DNA of 53,027 bases, filler included, from Bipalium vagum (lineage: Eukaryota), in the NCBI GenBank assembly GCA_037834085.1. It is 3 parts of 3 records of this genome, joined end to end, with 100 filler letters (N's around TTAATTAATTAA, not from the genome) between each part and the next. Parts side by side here need not be neighbours in the genome. Positions count along the whole stretch, not along the records: positions 36,292 to 53,027 come from JBBMKC010096202.1; 2 more parts are not named here. One strand, given 5' to 3'. The notes beneath the pieces are model-generated. The model ran no database searches, was not told the origin of the DNA, and was given only the letters and a program-made list of their open reading frames with translations. Below, one piece after another: positions 38,238 through 50,729 of this stretch; the first letter of the stretch is position 1, and every line of letters begins with the position of its first letter. A program made the position numbers and the translations under genes.

Positions 38238-40046
38238 CAACAGAAATTATGATTGAAATATGTATCAACTCTTATTCTAAAAGCCTATAAAATAAAAAAT
38301 AAAATAATAATAATTTTGAGATATTATCTGCATTAATAATATAAACAACAAAAATAAAATCACTTTATTTATAACTGTTCTTTGAAATTCCTATTTCAAG
38401 AATCTTAACTTTAAAAAATTAATTAAAATAACCAAAATCTTCTAAATCCTCTCTCAAGAAATATTAATATTCTCTTCTTTTCTCGCGTTTTATATCTCTG
38501 AAAAAAATTCATTAATTTCTGTAACATTTTGTAATAATAATTTATTCTCCAAAATGGATATTTTTAAATTAAATTAATTTTTGTAAAACCGTAAACTCTA
38601 AAAATAATAATTTTGTATATTAATATTTATATTTATATATAATATTTGCAAAAAAATATTTTTATTATTATTAAAAAAATTTTTAAAAGAGATTTTTATC
38701 GTACAATTTATTTTACAAAATATTTTACCATTTTATTTATTTATATATTATATATTTATATATATATTTCAAACTTAATAAGAAAACATATGTCAATATT
38801 TTTAAACTGATATAAAACAAGAAACCCAGACTTCTCTGCAATCCTCAATGAACTTTCGCATAATTAACAAATAGTAAAATATTTTATATTATTAACTTCA
38901 CTTTATTTTTTTGTATTTTCTGAATATAAAAATAAATTTTGTTCTGAAAATGTTTTTCTGTTTAAAAAGTTTTAAAAAGTTATTTTTCGCATCCGATACT
39001 AAGGATCCGTTAATTATTAATTCCACAGTAACTTTATATATAGGATTAAAATTAGTTTACTTTTCTCAACCTTAGATTTCATAAAGTCATTAAATATTAA
39101 GTTAATCTAAAAATAATTTGAATAAAATAATAAATAATAAAAATAATTATCATACCCTCTTATTTACTGCACTGGTGTTCAATTAGTTCTTGAAACAATT
39201 TTAAATTGCTTTTTAGAGCGTTTTGAGGTGCGCTTTCTATTTTTGTACTCTAGTTTAAATTTGTTTAAATCAGTCAATTTATTTTGATTTGAAACCATTT
39301 TTAAAAATACTCCTATGTAAATAGAAGACGCACTAATCGATCGATGTTTAAAAAGATTAGCTTTAGAATAGACATCAAAAAGTTATAGATAGTGAAGAGG
39401 ATAGTTTAGCTGATAACCGACGACAATCTGCTTAGTAGTTGAGCTGTAATCAACAATACAACAAATCATGGAGGACGATGGAAGAAGAAAGAGATTGTTT
39501 TTTCATAATTTTTTGATTATGTTTCTGAACTAGTGTTAGAAGTCAAACCAGGTTTAGAGTATCAGTTGGTAATCTGTGATTGATCTTGTTCCTCTTATCT
39601 TTCTGAACTCTGGTGAGATCATAAATAATATAAGAAATCCTTTGACAGTAAGGAATAGTGTAAGCTAAAATGAGATACATATTTGTAGATAGTAGTAATA
39701 AATAACGTAGTATTCTTAAACAATGGTATTCGTTAGTTTTTGGCAAAGCTACTTTTATTAGTTCGGTAATGTCGATACTTAAAATTGTAAAAAATTGAAT
39801 CATTAAACATTTTTTAAAAATCCTTAAAATATTTGAACGCTTTTAGAGAACATTAAAATTTCTTTAGAGAGAATTTTGAAGATTTTGATTTTTTAAAATA
39901 ATTTTCTGAAGTAAAGATCCTTGTAAATAAAATTTCAAAGAAGAATTATAAATAAATTGAATTTATTTTTATATATTTTATATTATTAATATTTTATTGC
40001 TTTTGAGAATAAGAATGGGTATATATTTCAGTCATAATTACCGTTG
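38238..40046. repeat. Diverged inverted repeat pair (about 38238-38475 vs 39846-40046) around a ~1.37-kb spacer
   Basis: Collinear matches by eye: aattatgattgaaatat / aattatgactgaaatat, tcttattct(c)aaaagc, tttatttataa..ttctttgaaatt, caaaatcttc.aaat.ctctct.aagaaat. Confidence 0.8.
39430..39803 (-). mobile_element. Possible decayed LINE endonuclease fragment
   Basis: LTRVQKD...LPTDTLNLV resembles the APE-domain PT...TLDLV motif; weak. Confidence 0.3.
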
Positions 40047-41863
40047 TGCAAGAAAAATTCCCGCCAAAACCCTTAAAATATTTGATCACGTCTAGAGATC
40101 TTGTGTCAAAATATCCGTTGGCGAAATCTTGTCAATCTAATGGGTGTTACTTTAATTAATAAACTTTGGTACGATCTCAATGCGGCAATTTAACGAACTA
40201 GATAAATATCGAACATTACTATTACCGTAAAATCTCGTATATAAACCGCAGCCTATCTTACAAAAAAACCTAATTTTTTAAAATAACATTTGATTGAGGC
40301 CGTTCTAGAATTTTACTATAAATTTTAAAAACAAAAAATATAACTTATCATAAGAAATAATAAAATTAATAAGAGAAATAATAAAAATAATAGCATTTTA
40401 ATTTTATATTTTTATTTAATTATTAAATTTTAATTTAAAAATGATTATTAAATTATTTTAAGCTCCAAATATAATAAAACTAACATGATTTGCAAATGTA
40501 TTATTAAAAGAAAATAAAATATAATTTTTTTGCAAAAAAATAAATAAATAAAACCGCTATTTGGAATGACTTCAATAATTATATTTCCATCCATAAAACC
40601 AATATTGTTATTGATTATTATTTTCTTTATTTATGAAATGAGAAAAGAATAAAGTTTATATTGAAAAATGTATTGATCCACTAGAGATTTTTTATTGTGA
40701 GAAAAAATTTTAAGTAGTCAAATCAATAAAGGGAAATTAATTTTAATTTTGCCACATATTTTTAACCGAGTCACAATATTTTTCCCAAACAAGTTTTAGC
40801 AGAAAGCCTATGAATTTTTTATTTTAAATTACATCGAAATCAATGAGCGTGGCAATTTAATTGTTCGGAAATTTTTGGGAATTTTCATCTGATTATGTTT
40901 TATAATCCCCATGGCAATATGGAATAATGCAATTATTTAAATTTTCATGACACCGTTTCTTTGCAAGGCAAACATATACATACATTTTTATAATAAAATT
41001 ACTAAATAATTATAAAATGGCAGCTTTTTGGTTCGGTGGCAAAGTATCATTGGAAACGAGATCGTTAGTGAGAACCAATTTTATGGCCTTTGTGACATAT
41101 GGGAAAAGATTTCGAAATAAAAATAAATTGTTTCAATAGCGGAAAAGGGATTATTTTATACTTCACAATATTTTTTATGAAGCAAATGAATCGAATTTAT
41201 ATTTTTTGCTTTGAGTAAAAAACTTTGACATAAATAATAGATGGTCTCAATGAAAATCCCCACTCTGGAAAACGTATTGTCCTCAGAATAATAAACAAAT
41301 ATGGAAAAAAATTATAATTAAATAATTAATTATTAATTATAAAATTAAGTAATTATTAATTAATTGATTTCTAATAATATTATGATTTGAGAGATATTGT
41401 TTCGATGATGATCTTGATAATCCTTGTACGGTTTTTTTTAGTAATTAGTAAAAGAAAATAATATTATAATGATAAATATAAAATTTATCTTAATTCTAAC
41501 AGTCTTGGATTAAAGTAAAATTTTTACACTTTCAGATGAAAAGAAAAAAATCCAAAAAATAATATTTGTATTTTTTTTATAAAAACTGTATGTTACAAAT
41601 TGAATAAATTTCTTAATTAATAATTTCCCATATATTATTTTGAAAAATGAAAGAATTTTTTTACTTTTTATTAATTAATCAAAAATAACACACTTCGAAT
41701 TAATCATTAAATTAATTTTTAAAACAATTCTAAGATAAAATGAGTTTCTTTTGTCTTTTTTTGAATATAAGAAAAGCTTTTGTTCAGGGACTTTGTTTAA
41801 ATGATATCTAATTAAAACAATCTTCATAAAAAGACGAAAACAGATAATGGAACAAATGTGTAC

Positions 41864-42649
41864 CTTTTGATATTTGCAAATGGTGTCGATAGTATGGATT
41901 TCGTGCTGCAAGTGAAAATCTTGGACGCATGAAGGGCAAATTATCATTTTACAATTGTTGCAAAACAAGCTCAACTCTTCATTGGTATGACAGAGACAGT
42001 TGGACTTTTTCTGTCGTCTTTTGTTTTCCAGAATCTTTTGTCCCGATTCGGCAGGGTGTAGAGCATGTCGAATAAGTGGTCCTCTCGGAGGATGGCACCG
42101 ATTCAAACATTCATTACAATAATAGATTTCACATTGTTCACAAATCCATTTGGCTGAAACCTCTTCTCTTTCCGAACAGACTTGACAGAATGTCTTTTCC
42201 AATGCTACTTTTCCCCGGAAATTTTGAATAACACGATCGAGAGCTTTGTTTTGTATGAGACAGTCGACCCCGCTACCATCGAGTAGAATCAGTCTTTTGC
42301 AGCTGGGACATTGTAAAGAAAACCCACATGGTCTGTTGTTGACATAGATAAAAGAATGATCGACACTACTGGCAGCTGTTGAGACGACTCGACTGCTGAC
42401 AACAACTCCAGAATCAGCTTCGCTTGCTTCGCTCAAGTGATCGGAATCCTGTTCACTGACGGGAGCAACGATTGACGAGAAGTGGGAAACATTTCCATCT
42501 TGGGCTTGCTGAGAAATAGTCTGACTGACTTCGCTGACGTTTCTTATGATGTTCGTGGCACATTGGGAACAAATGGAATGACCACAGGGCAATAAAAGAG
42601 CCTTCTTAAACCAGAAATTGCATAGAGGACATTTTAATTCTGCCTCCAT
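41864..42649 (-). CDS. TRIM9: First coding exon of a TRIM9/TRIM67-like E3 ubiquitin ligase (split RING, B-box1, B-box2); downstream exons not found
   Basis: MEAELKCPLCNFWFKKALLLPCGHSICSQC...SEADSGVV...CPSC (RING with the long insertion and SEADSG motif typical of TRIM9/67), CQVC...CEQCEIYYCNECLNRCHPPRGPLIRH (B-box1), CLCH...FCNNCKMIICPSC...H..H (B-box2). A phase-0 donor AAG|GTACAC lies at 41863. The ORF-track extensions on both sides are probably UTR and intron read-through. Confidence 0.88.
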
Positions 42650-43169
42650 GATGGCAACATTTATTGAAATTATATCATGGCAATATCGAATAAATTTACA
42701 CAGTTTATTTTTGGAAATTTGCTTGCTCTCCACTGATTGGTTAGCTCTGTCGCCCAACGACGACCAAATGTATTTAAAAGGTAGATTTTATTCCCTGTCA
42801 ATATTTACTTTTCTATGGCCATCTAATTTCTTTTTGTCTTTAAATGTGAAACATTAATTCAAACAAAACTGATTACAAAAATAATTTTATCACTTCATTA
42901 TTAATTGTGGCAATAAATAAATTTCATTGCAGCATATTATTCACATAATTCGATTATCTCGTCCTAGTTCCATCGATGTCGAAATTGTTTTATTTTTTTT
43001 CATATATATATTGTATTTTTGGGAAATAAATTTTATAAAAATTGATCAAAAAGTAATTTATTATTAAATATTATTTTATTGAAAATATTATTAAATAAAT
43101 AATTTGGGATTTATCGTTGTTTTTACTTTTACTAATATTTTTGAACGTGCCTTCTCATTAATTATCAAT

Positions 43170-43935
43170 TGGCCTAATAAAGTCTATCTTAACAAACAAA
43201 CCGGCTATTTTGAAAGTACCATTTTAATCGAATCCCATGCAGAGTCGCATAAAGCGATGTTAATTTTCACTGTGTTGAGCTGACCGTCCGTGACCATCTG
43301 CATTGGGAAGTCATACAGAGCTAGGATATGGATTTCACACAATTTATGAAATGAGGATTATGGTTTCAAATGCAAATCTAATTAAACATAACAAAGAACC
43401 ATTTTGGAAGAAAATTGTCACTTCCGATGAAAATTGGATTCTATTTGAAAACCCTGACCATCATCGTCAATGGCTTTAGAACAGACTCCAATTTCAACTG
43501 CAAGACAACCAATAGGTGGTAAAAAGTGTTTGTTATGTGTATCGTGGAAATTGTATATTGGATAGGCAACCTATTGACTCAAATTGCTACTTTCAACAAT
43601 TGAACGGACCGGTTGAGGCACCCTTACAAACTCGTCTAGATTTAGTAAATAGAAAATGTGTCATTCTCCTTCAAGATAACTTTATGCCACACACCTTCAG
43701 AGTTATTCGATAAAAAATCCGTGATCTATGAAGTTTTCCCTTATCTATCATATGGCCTTGACATCTCATTATCAGATTTTTATCTTTTCAATTATTGCAA
43801 GAAAAAGGTTTGTGAACAATGATGAGGTAAAATCGAGCTTATAATCTTATTTTGATGAAGTCTACTAAATCTTTTACTAGTCTCTGGTTAAAGGTGGTAA
43901 ATGAGTGTCAATAATGATAAACACACAATTGATTT
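43170..43935 (+). mobile_element. Internally deleted, degenerate mariner
   Basis: EPFWKKIVTSDENWILFENPDHHRQWL, QPIDSNCYFQQL, VNRKCVILLQDNFMPH and SLSDFYLF. Confidence 0.85.
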
Positions 43936-44280
43936 ATATTATTCTATATTAGATATAAGTTATTTTAGAATTTTATTTTTTGATCGTCAGTTTCTTTTCA
44001 AGATACATAATAATATAAATTATTATTTTATACTCAAGCTTAAAATATTAATTCATATTTTCACAATTTCACCATTTCATGTCCTGCGTATTCCAATACT
44101 TTTCAATAATAAGAAAACTGAAAAAATAAACTAAATTTTATGATGATACACTTCAAAAAGTATTGAAGAATTTCAGAAATATTATTAATCAATAAAATTG
44201 TGAGAAAAATCATTTTCAAAATGAAAAATGTATTTTTAATTATTATTAAATTATTATCGATTAAGGATTGATAATAATTA

Positions 44281-44535
44281 TTGGGTTGTCCGGAAAGTTC
44301 GTGCGTTTTTTTATTAGAAAAACAAAGACTGCTTTTTTACAGAAAAAAATATTTTTATTAACAAATATAAGCACCATTCTGTACAATAATTTGTTGCCAT
44401 CTATCAGATAATGCCATAATTCCACTTTTGAAGAATTGTTTGTCTTTTAGATCTAGGAAATTCTCCAAGTGCAATTTGATGCGGGATTCTGTGGTGAAGG
44501 TTTTATCGACCAAGGAGTTTTGTAAGGATCGAAAT
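44281..44535 (-). mobile_element. Mariner 3' end with TIR, truncated at an AT island
   Basis: TA-ttgggttgtccggaaagttcgtgcg TIR; minus strand YLFRSLQNSL...FFKSGIMALSDRWQQIIVQNGAYI. Confidence 0.9.
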
Positions 44536-44799
44536 AAATAAAAATAATTTTTATAAAAGTGAAATATAATAAGTATCATAACAAATAAGACTTATTAATA
44601 TTCCTTTTTAAAAACTTAATAATAATAAATATTAGACACCTGTCAGAAATTGGTTAAAATATTTTTTACAGTATTAATTAATTAATAATTTTATATTTAA
44701 TTACTTAATTTATTTATTAATTGGTCATTTTGAAATTTAAATAACCCTTTTCAATTATATGAAAAATATTAAATAGTTTTAGTCTCTTTTAATAAACGA

Positions 44800-45060
44800 A
44801 GGATTTTTGCAAATGTTGTGGCTGTGTTATCTGTATAACTGTGACAATTTGAAAAACAGGTTTATACAACATTTGTGACAAAAATTTGAAATCGAAAATG
44901 CCATGTGAAAAAGCTTCATTTTTTATGTTCAGTGTGAAGAAAGTGCAACAAATAATTGTAGATGATTCTGGAAAATACGCTTTAGCTGAAAGAATTGCTG
45001 AAAGCTTTTAACGAATGAAAACCGGTGATTTTGATGTGAACAATGAAATATTCAATGATT
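44800..45060 (+). mobile_element. Mariner 5' fragment
   Basis: YALAER...RMKTGDFDV HTH remnant. Confidence 0.65.
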
Positions 45061-47032
45061 AATTTCCTTTTACAAATGAAAATCAAAGTTAGCTCTTTTT
45101 AAAAAATCACATACACAATTTCTATATTTACAGAATTATTTCGTTTGGATTTATTTTCAAAATGTACTTAAATATACCCAAAGCAAAATATTTTTCTTAA
45201 TAAATATCAAATGAAAATATAATTCATTTAGATCTTATTGATTTTGAAGTTTCTGAATTTTTTTATTTTAAATTCTTCATTCTTTTTTTTGTTTTTTTAG
45301 TTTTTGTTGGACCTGAATTTTTCAAATTCTAGACTTTCTGTCAGGTTTTTGTATCTTCACAGATTTTTTATTAATCCATAATAAATTATTATCTTTAAAA
45401 ATATTCTTGAAACATAGATTTCAGATATAATAATACAGCGTCACGCATAATGATAAGAATACCCATACTTTTTACAAGATCTATATGGAAAAATTATGAT
45501 CAGATTAATTTCTTTTAACATATAGTATTTCTAATGCTTATTAAACGTGTTTTAATTATCATTTAATTAAAAAATATAAATCTTATGATAAAAAATTTGA
45601 AAAAAAAATATTTGGTCGATTTCCAGTGGTGCAAAATGATAGGTATGTATATAAATTATAAGGCTGAGGACGTAGTTTAGGATGAAGTTAACAAGGTTTC
45701 AAATATATCTGTTACAGCCTAAATAATTTTTCTTATTTATCTTTTATAAAAATATTTCTGAAATTTTTAAAATATGCTTTATAACAATACCCAAAATATA
45801 ATGTCGAGTTTAAATATTAAAACAAAAATGTATAATTATTTAAGAACTGAAAATTTCAATTTATCATGATATGTTAAAAAATAATGTTATTTATTTTATT
45901 GAACTATAAAAATGAATATTTTTAAAATAAATTATAAAAAAAATGATCCTTGTGTTTCAATTTTAAAAAATCTTTTTATTAATGCGGATGTATATAGATT
46001 ATATAAAATGATTCAAAATTTTGAATATTTTAAAATCGCATTTGTTTAAATTTGTTAAATTAATTTATAAACATTCACAATTGTAATATTTTTTATTGTT
46101 TTTAACTTAAAATATTTTTTATATTTTTAAATATTTATTCATATATAATTTTAATTATTTTTATATCAAACTTTTATAAATTTTTTGTGAAAATAAAAAT
46201 ATAATTTGAATGGAATAAAATAATAAAAATATTGAACCAAAAATCAACTGATGCTTCGCATTTCCTGAGAAAAATTGAAGTATTTTTATCTTCAATAAAT
46301 TAAAATCTCGTTTTGAAAAAATTAACAGTAATAAATTCTTTTTTATTATTTTTAAGTGAAATAGAATAATAACTGATAAAATAAACTAAAACATTAATAT
46401 TAATATTTAAACAATATTAATTATTAAAATATTCATTAAATATTTTAAAAATATATTTATATATAATATATAATAATATAAAAAAATATAATAATATAAT
46501 ATATATATAATATATATATATAATATTAAATTTAATAAAATCGATTTTGATCTAAAAGTATCATATAATTATCAATAATATTGTAATATTGTCATTATGA
46601 GTAACATAGAGAATTTTTCTAAAAAGCTTACTTAAAATAAAAATACAAAAAACACAAGTGAAATAAATTACATTAAAATAAAAAATAATCTAAAAAAATC
46701 AAAACTGTTGCAAATGAATAATTAATGCGGTTTCATTCACCCATGCCTGCACTAAATAAATCTGGTTTATCTTGCGATTTCAACGAGAAAAAAATTGTCA
46801 ATGAGAAAATTGTTTTATTTAAATTAATTCTTTCCCAGTTTTTATTTCAAGTATTGAAGGACGCAGCTAAAACAAATGCATTTTCAATAAAAATGTTATA
46901 TCTTTTCAAATGCACTTTAATGGCAAGCTATTTTCAGAGTGTGGGCAATTTATTCATTAAGAGAAATAAGTTTAAGTAGGTTTCATTTAAAACAATGAAA
47001 TAAATTTTGAGTAATTTATAAAACCTATTATA

Positions 47033-47950
47033 CGAGAGGGATGCAAAAGTTCGTGTTCAAAATATTTACTTATTTAAGTATTTATTTACAACAATAACAC
47101 TTCAAAAAAGGTCCATCAGTTATAATGATTTTACGCAACACATCTGCTAGCATGTTTATCTGGTCAAAGTACCAATTTCTTTGTTTTGATTCCAAAAACT
47201 CTTTACAAGCCACCTCAATTTCAGCTTCAGGTTCTGAGCACGAACTTTTGCATTATCCTATTTGTTATTATTTTATTGTTATTTATTTTAACAATATTAT
47301 CATATTAAAATTGATTATTAATTTAAATTAGGTTAATCAAAATTTTTATATTTATTTCTCTATTTTGTGCTTTATCGATTTATTATTTAATAAATCTTTG
47401 TAACAATTATTTTTTTTGTAACAATTTGTAACAATAATATTTTTTATTCAGATTACTTTTTTAATTTTTATATTTTCATTAATTATCTGGGCTATAATAA
47501 TTAATTAATCCATTACTAAATATATTGTCCTTAATAAAACTTCAGGTTCTACAAATTCAATAATTCTGTTACTTATATTTGTATTTACTTTTTAAATATG
47601 ATTTGATCTATACAACCATAGAGATTATTTGTGAAAGTCTTTTCTAAAATGCACATTTTTTGATTTATTTTAGGTAAATTAATGAAAATTATTAGTGTGA
47701 GATATAATTGAAAATTAGTCGGGGGATGTAGCTCAGCGGTCAGAGCAGTGCATGCACATGTAATGGTAATATAAATATTTATTTATAAATATTTATTCAA
47801 AGGTAGAGAAAATTTTGCAGCGATCTAAATGCATGGTAGTCGGTAGGAATCACGTCCGGTGAATAGAGTGACTTCGTTGACTTCAGCCCAGTACTTTTCT
47901 CCCGAAGATAATTTAGTATTTAAGACTTCATTCGTCCCAGGTGCACATAA
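47033..47950 (-). mobile_element. Mariner 3' pieces (47033-47245 with TIR; ~47800-47950 catalytic motif) separated by AT islands and the tRNA-LTR fragment
   Basis: TA-cgagagggatgcaaaagttcgtg TIR; minus strand SLYSPDVIPTDYHAFRSLQNFL. Whether both pieces derive from one copy is uncertain. Confidence 0.7.
47696..47760 (+). mobile_element. Second, truncated copy of the tRNA-containing LTR (5' part)
   Basis: tgtgagatataattgaaaattagtc-GGGGGATGTAGCTCAGCGGTCAGAGC... matches 7064-7104 and carries a better-preserved tRNA-Ala-like 5' half with an A-box. Confidence 0.75.
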
Positions 47951-48442
47951 GATTAAATATAGTTTCTTCTCAATCTAAAGACCATATCTTCGTTAGGTTC
48001 CCTTAAAATCAAGGTTTTTATCAAGCCATATTTTAAATATATTATTTTATTAATGAATCTGGATTGATTCCAAATGGTGTGATTTAAACAAAATTGATTT
48101 TCTGATTGATTTTGAGAGATGTGATCACATCTGTTCGTTATTTTTAACTAAAACTTTTATAAAAACAAAATTTCCTTTCAGGAGTATCAATTTTCGTGCA
48201 AAAGCTTTTAACTTTCGCTGACAACAATATCCATCGTCTTCCTACCCCTTTGTGCTACCCCAAATGTTTCGTTTTTCATTAAAATTTACAAACAGGAATA
48301 CATTTAAACAAATTTTGTCTTTTTAAACTTTTGACCTGAATTAGGTAAATAATTAGTTACAAAAAATATACATTGATTCAATAATTAAAGCTAATTATAC
48401 ATCGCTTTTTTCAATTTTTCTAACTTAGACAAGAAAGACTGC

Positions 48443-48462
48443 TTAATTAATTAATTAATTAA
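48443..48462. repeat. (TTAA)5 microsatellite
   Basis: Visible directly. Confidence 0.9.
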
Positions 48463-49589
48463 TCCTCTCCTCTTTTTGTTAACAAAATGGATTTTTCAAC
48501 AATTTACAACAAATATTGGGAAATTTATATTTCTTTTATAAGTCTCAAAATAAAATTCAACTCGATAATGCCTCACATTAATTGTTTATCTGGAATGATA
48601 AATATTTATTCGATCCGTCTGTGCTTTTACATATTTATTAATATATGACAATTTGCCTCAGACAATCTTTGTTAACGATTTTACTTATAATTCCTTTATT
48701 AATACTGTAATGAGCAGCTCAAATCAGAAAGCAGTCGATTCAAACAAATTATTTCTATTCTTTAAAATCAATGCGCCATAGAACGTCTAAAATAATTATA
48801 ATAAATAATCATAAATTCAAAGACAGACACCGCAAATTCCGCGTTCGATTCTGCTACCAGTGGTCTAATTTAATCAATTTCATTAATCGGAATTTTAATA
48901 TATACCTGCACCAACTTTTATCATTGAAGGAGAACTTATGAAGTTATTCTTAGCTCTTTCATAAATATCATTCACACCATTTGAAGATTAATTTTTTCTT
49001 TTCATTTATTTTTTTTCATTATTTTAGTTGTAAGAAAAATTAATTTTTTAATAATTAATGGAAAATATTTTCTCTATTTATTTTGAGATTTTTTTTAATA
49101 TTTTCTAATATTTTTTTATTGGTTTAATATTTTAATATTGTTGAATTAATAAATGAAAATTATATCAATATTATCATATTTAATTGTTACAAATGAAGTA
49201 TTGATATTTTGTATAATAAAATTATTTGTCAATTTTTTATGGAAATAAATAATAAAATCATTTTTGAATCAATTTTAGTCAGAAATTATTAATTGATAAT
49301 TCAATAAACACTGTATCACCTTCACCAAAGGTTTGAGATTTAAGATACTTTTGTTTATGATGATATACATTTGTACAATTTACTTTTAACCTTTCTCTGT
49401 TCTTTAAACTTTTCTCTAACAACCATGTATTTAATAAATTATTCATATTTAATACGTTTTTTTCAGAGATTATTATTTGGAATTTATATTTCATTCTTAA
49501 TAAATTTAATTCATATCTCTGAACTCGAAATCAGTGCGTTTTTTTTCAAATTTTTTTTTATTTCCCAATTCGTCGATCCAATTGACCCA

Positions 49590-49887
49590 TTTTGTTTGTA
49601 AAGTATAACCAAGCGATTTATGGTTAACATACATTTTTAACTGGCTTAAATATCCCACTGTAATAAGCCAGCATCAAACAAAGCTTTCACTTCAGCACGT
49701 TTTTCAATGGTAATACCCATTTTCAAAGAGATTCAAGATTACTAGTTAAAAATTTTGAAAATTTTTTTTCTTTATAGATTTTTAAAAATACAATTACTTA
49801 AATCAAACAACAAATATAAACAAATATTTGAATACCTAATAAAGAAATAATAAAAAAACAATTTAATTGTAGTGTCCGTCTATACTG
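49590..49887 (-). mobile_element. Tc1-like 5' end
   Basis: Terminus TA-cagtatag on the minus strand; MGITIEKRAEVKALFDAGLLQWDI from 49720. Confidence 0.65.
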
Positions 49888-50109
49888 TATATAAATAAAC
49901 GTCAATGAATTGAAAAAAATACATTATTGATATAGGTAGTCAAGTTGTCAAGTTGTTCGAAATTTTCCCTAAATTTTAATCATGATATTATTATTTAATT
50001 ATTATCATAATTTCATTATCTTTAACTTTGATTATATTTATAAATATATCAACAATATCAGACATAAAGTTTCATATAATTGTATTTTTTGTGATTTTCA
50101 ATTTCAGGT

Positions 50110-50500
50110 TTTTAGCGTAACCAATCTATTAATACTGAACGGTATGTGGATTTCCTTCATAAGAGTTGGACATTAAGACTTCATGAATGACAATGCTTGT
50201 TCTGATATGGCTGTCATGACACAGAACTTCTATGAAAAATAGAGATTTATAATTCTAAGGCAGCCACCACTTTACTCTCCAGATATGAATTTATTGAATG
50301 GATATATGAAATTTGATAGGAGAAAACACGAATTCCGAATATCATTTATCTCTAGGAATATTTGGCAAATTTCATAAAAAACTATAGGACAAATTTGAAC
50401 CTGTCTACAAAAAAAATTATATATAATTATACTTCTGTCGGTATGCCCGTTATTGAGCATTTCACGCAAGTGAAGCTATTTATGTAAAGTAAAAGGATCT
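50110..50500 (+). mobile_element. IS630/Tc1/mariner-superfamily catalytic fragment
   Basis: QSINTERYVDFL, MNDNA and QPPLYSPDMNLL motifs. Confidence 0.6.
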
Positions 50501-50729
50501 GTGAAAAGTGTGAGTTCTGAAGGACTATATTTGTTCTGTGATATGAGATTAGACTACAAAGATATCTTACTTCGTGTATATTAGAAGGACTGGAAATTTT
50601 AGAAATTCTGATATTTTATCTGGTGCTATTAAAGATTAAAAATATTATACAAAACTCAAACATTCCTGTAAATAAAGTCAACTTTTTGAATGTTACCTTT
50701 TTCACCGTGAAACGACTTTCCTTTTAATA

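Noticed and set aside
41675-42757. 360-aa single-exon TRIM protein as given in the ORF track
   Set aside because: It starts at a TTG upstream of the conserved MExELKCP start, and its C-terminal 62 residues are AT-rich read-through past the GT donor at 41863.
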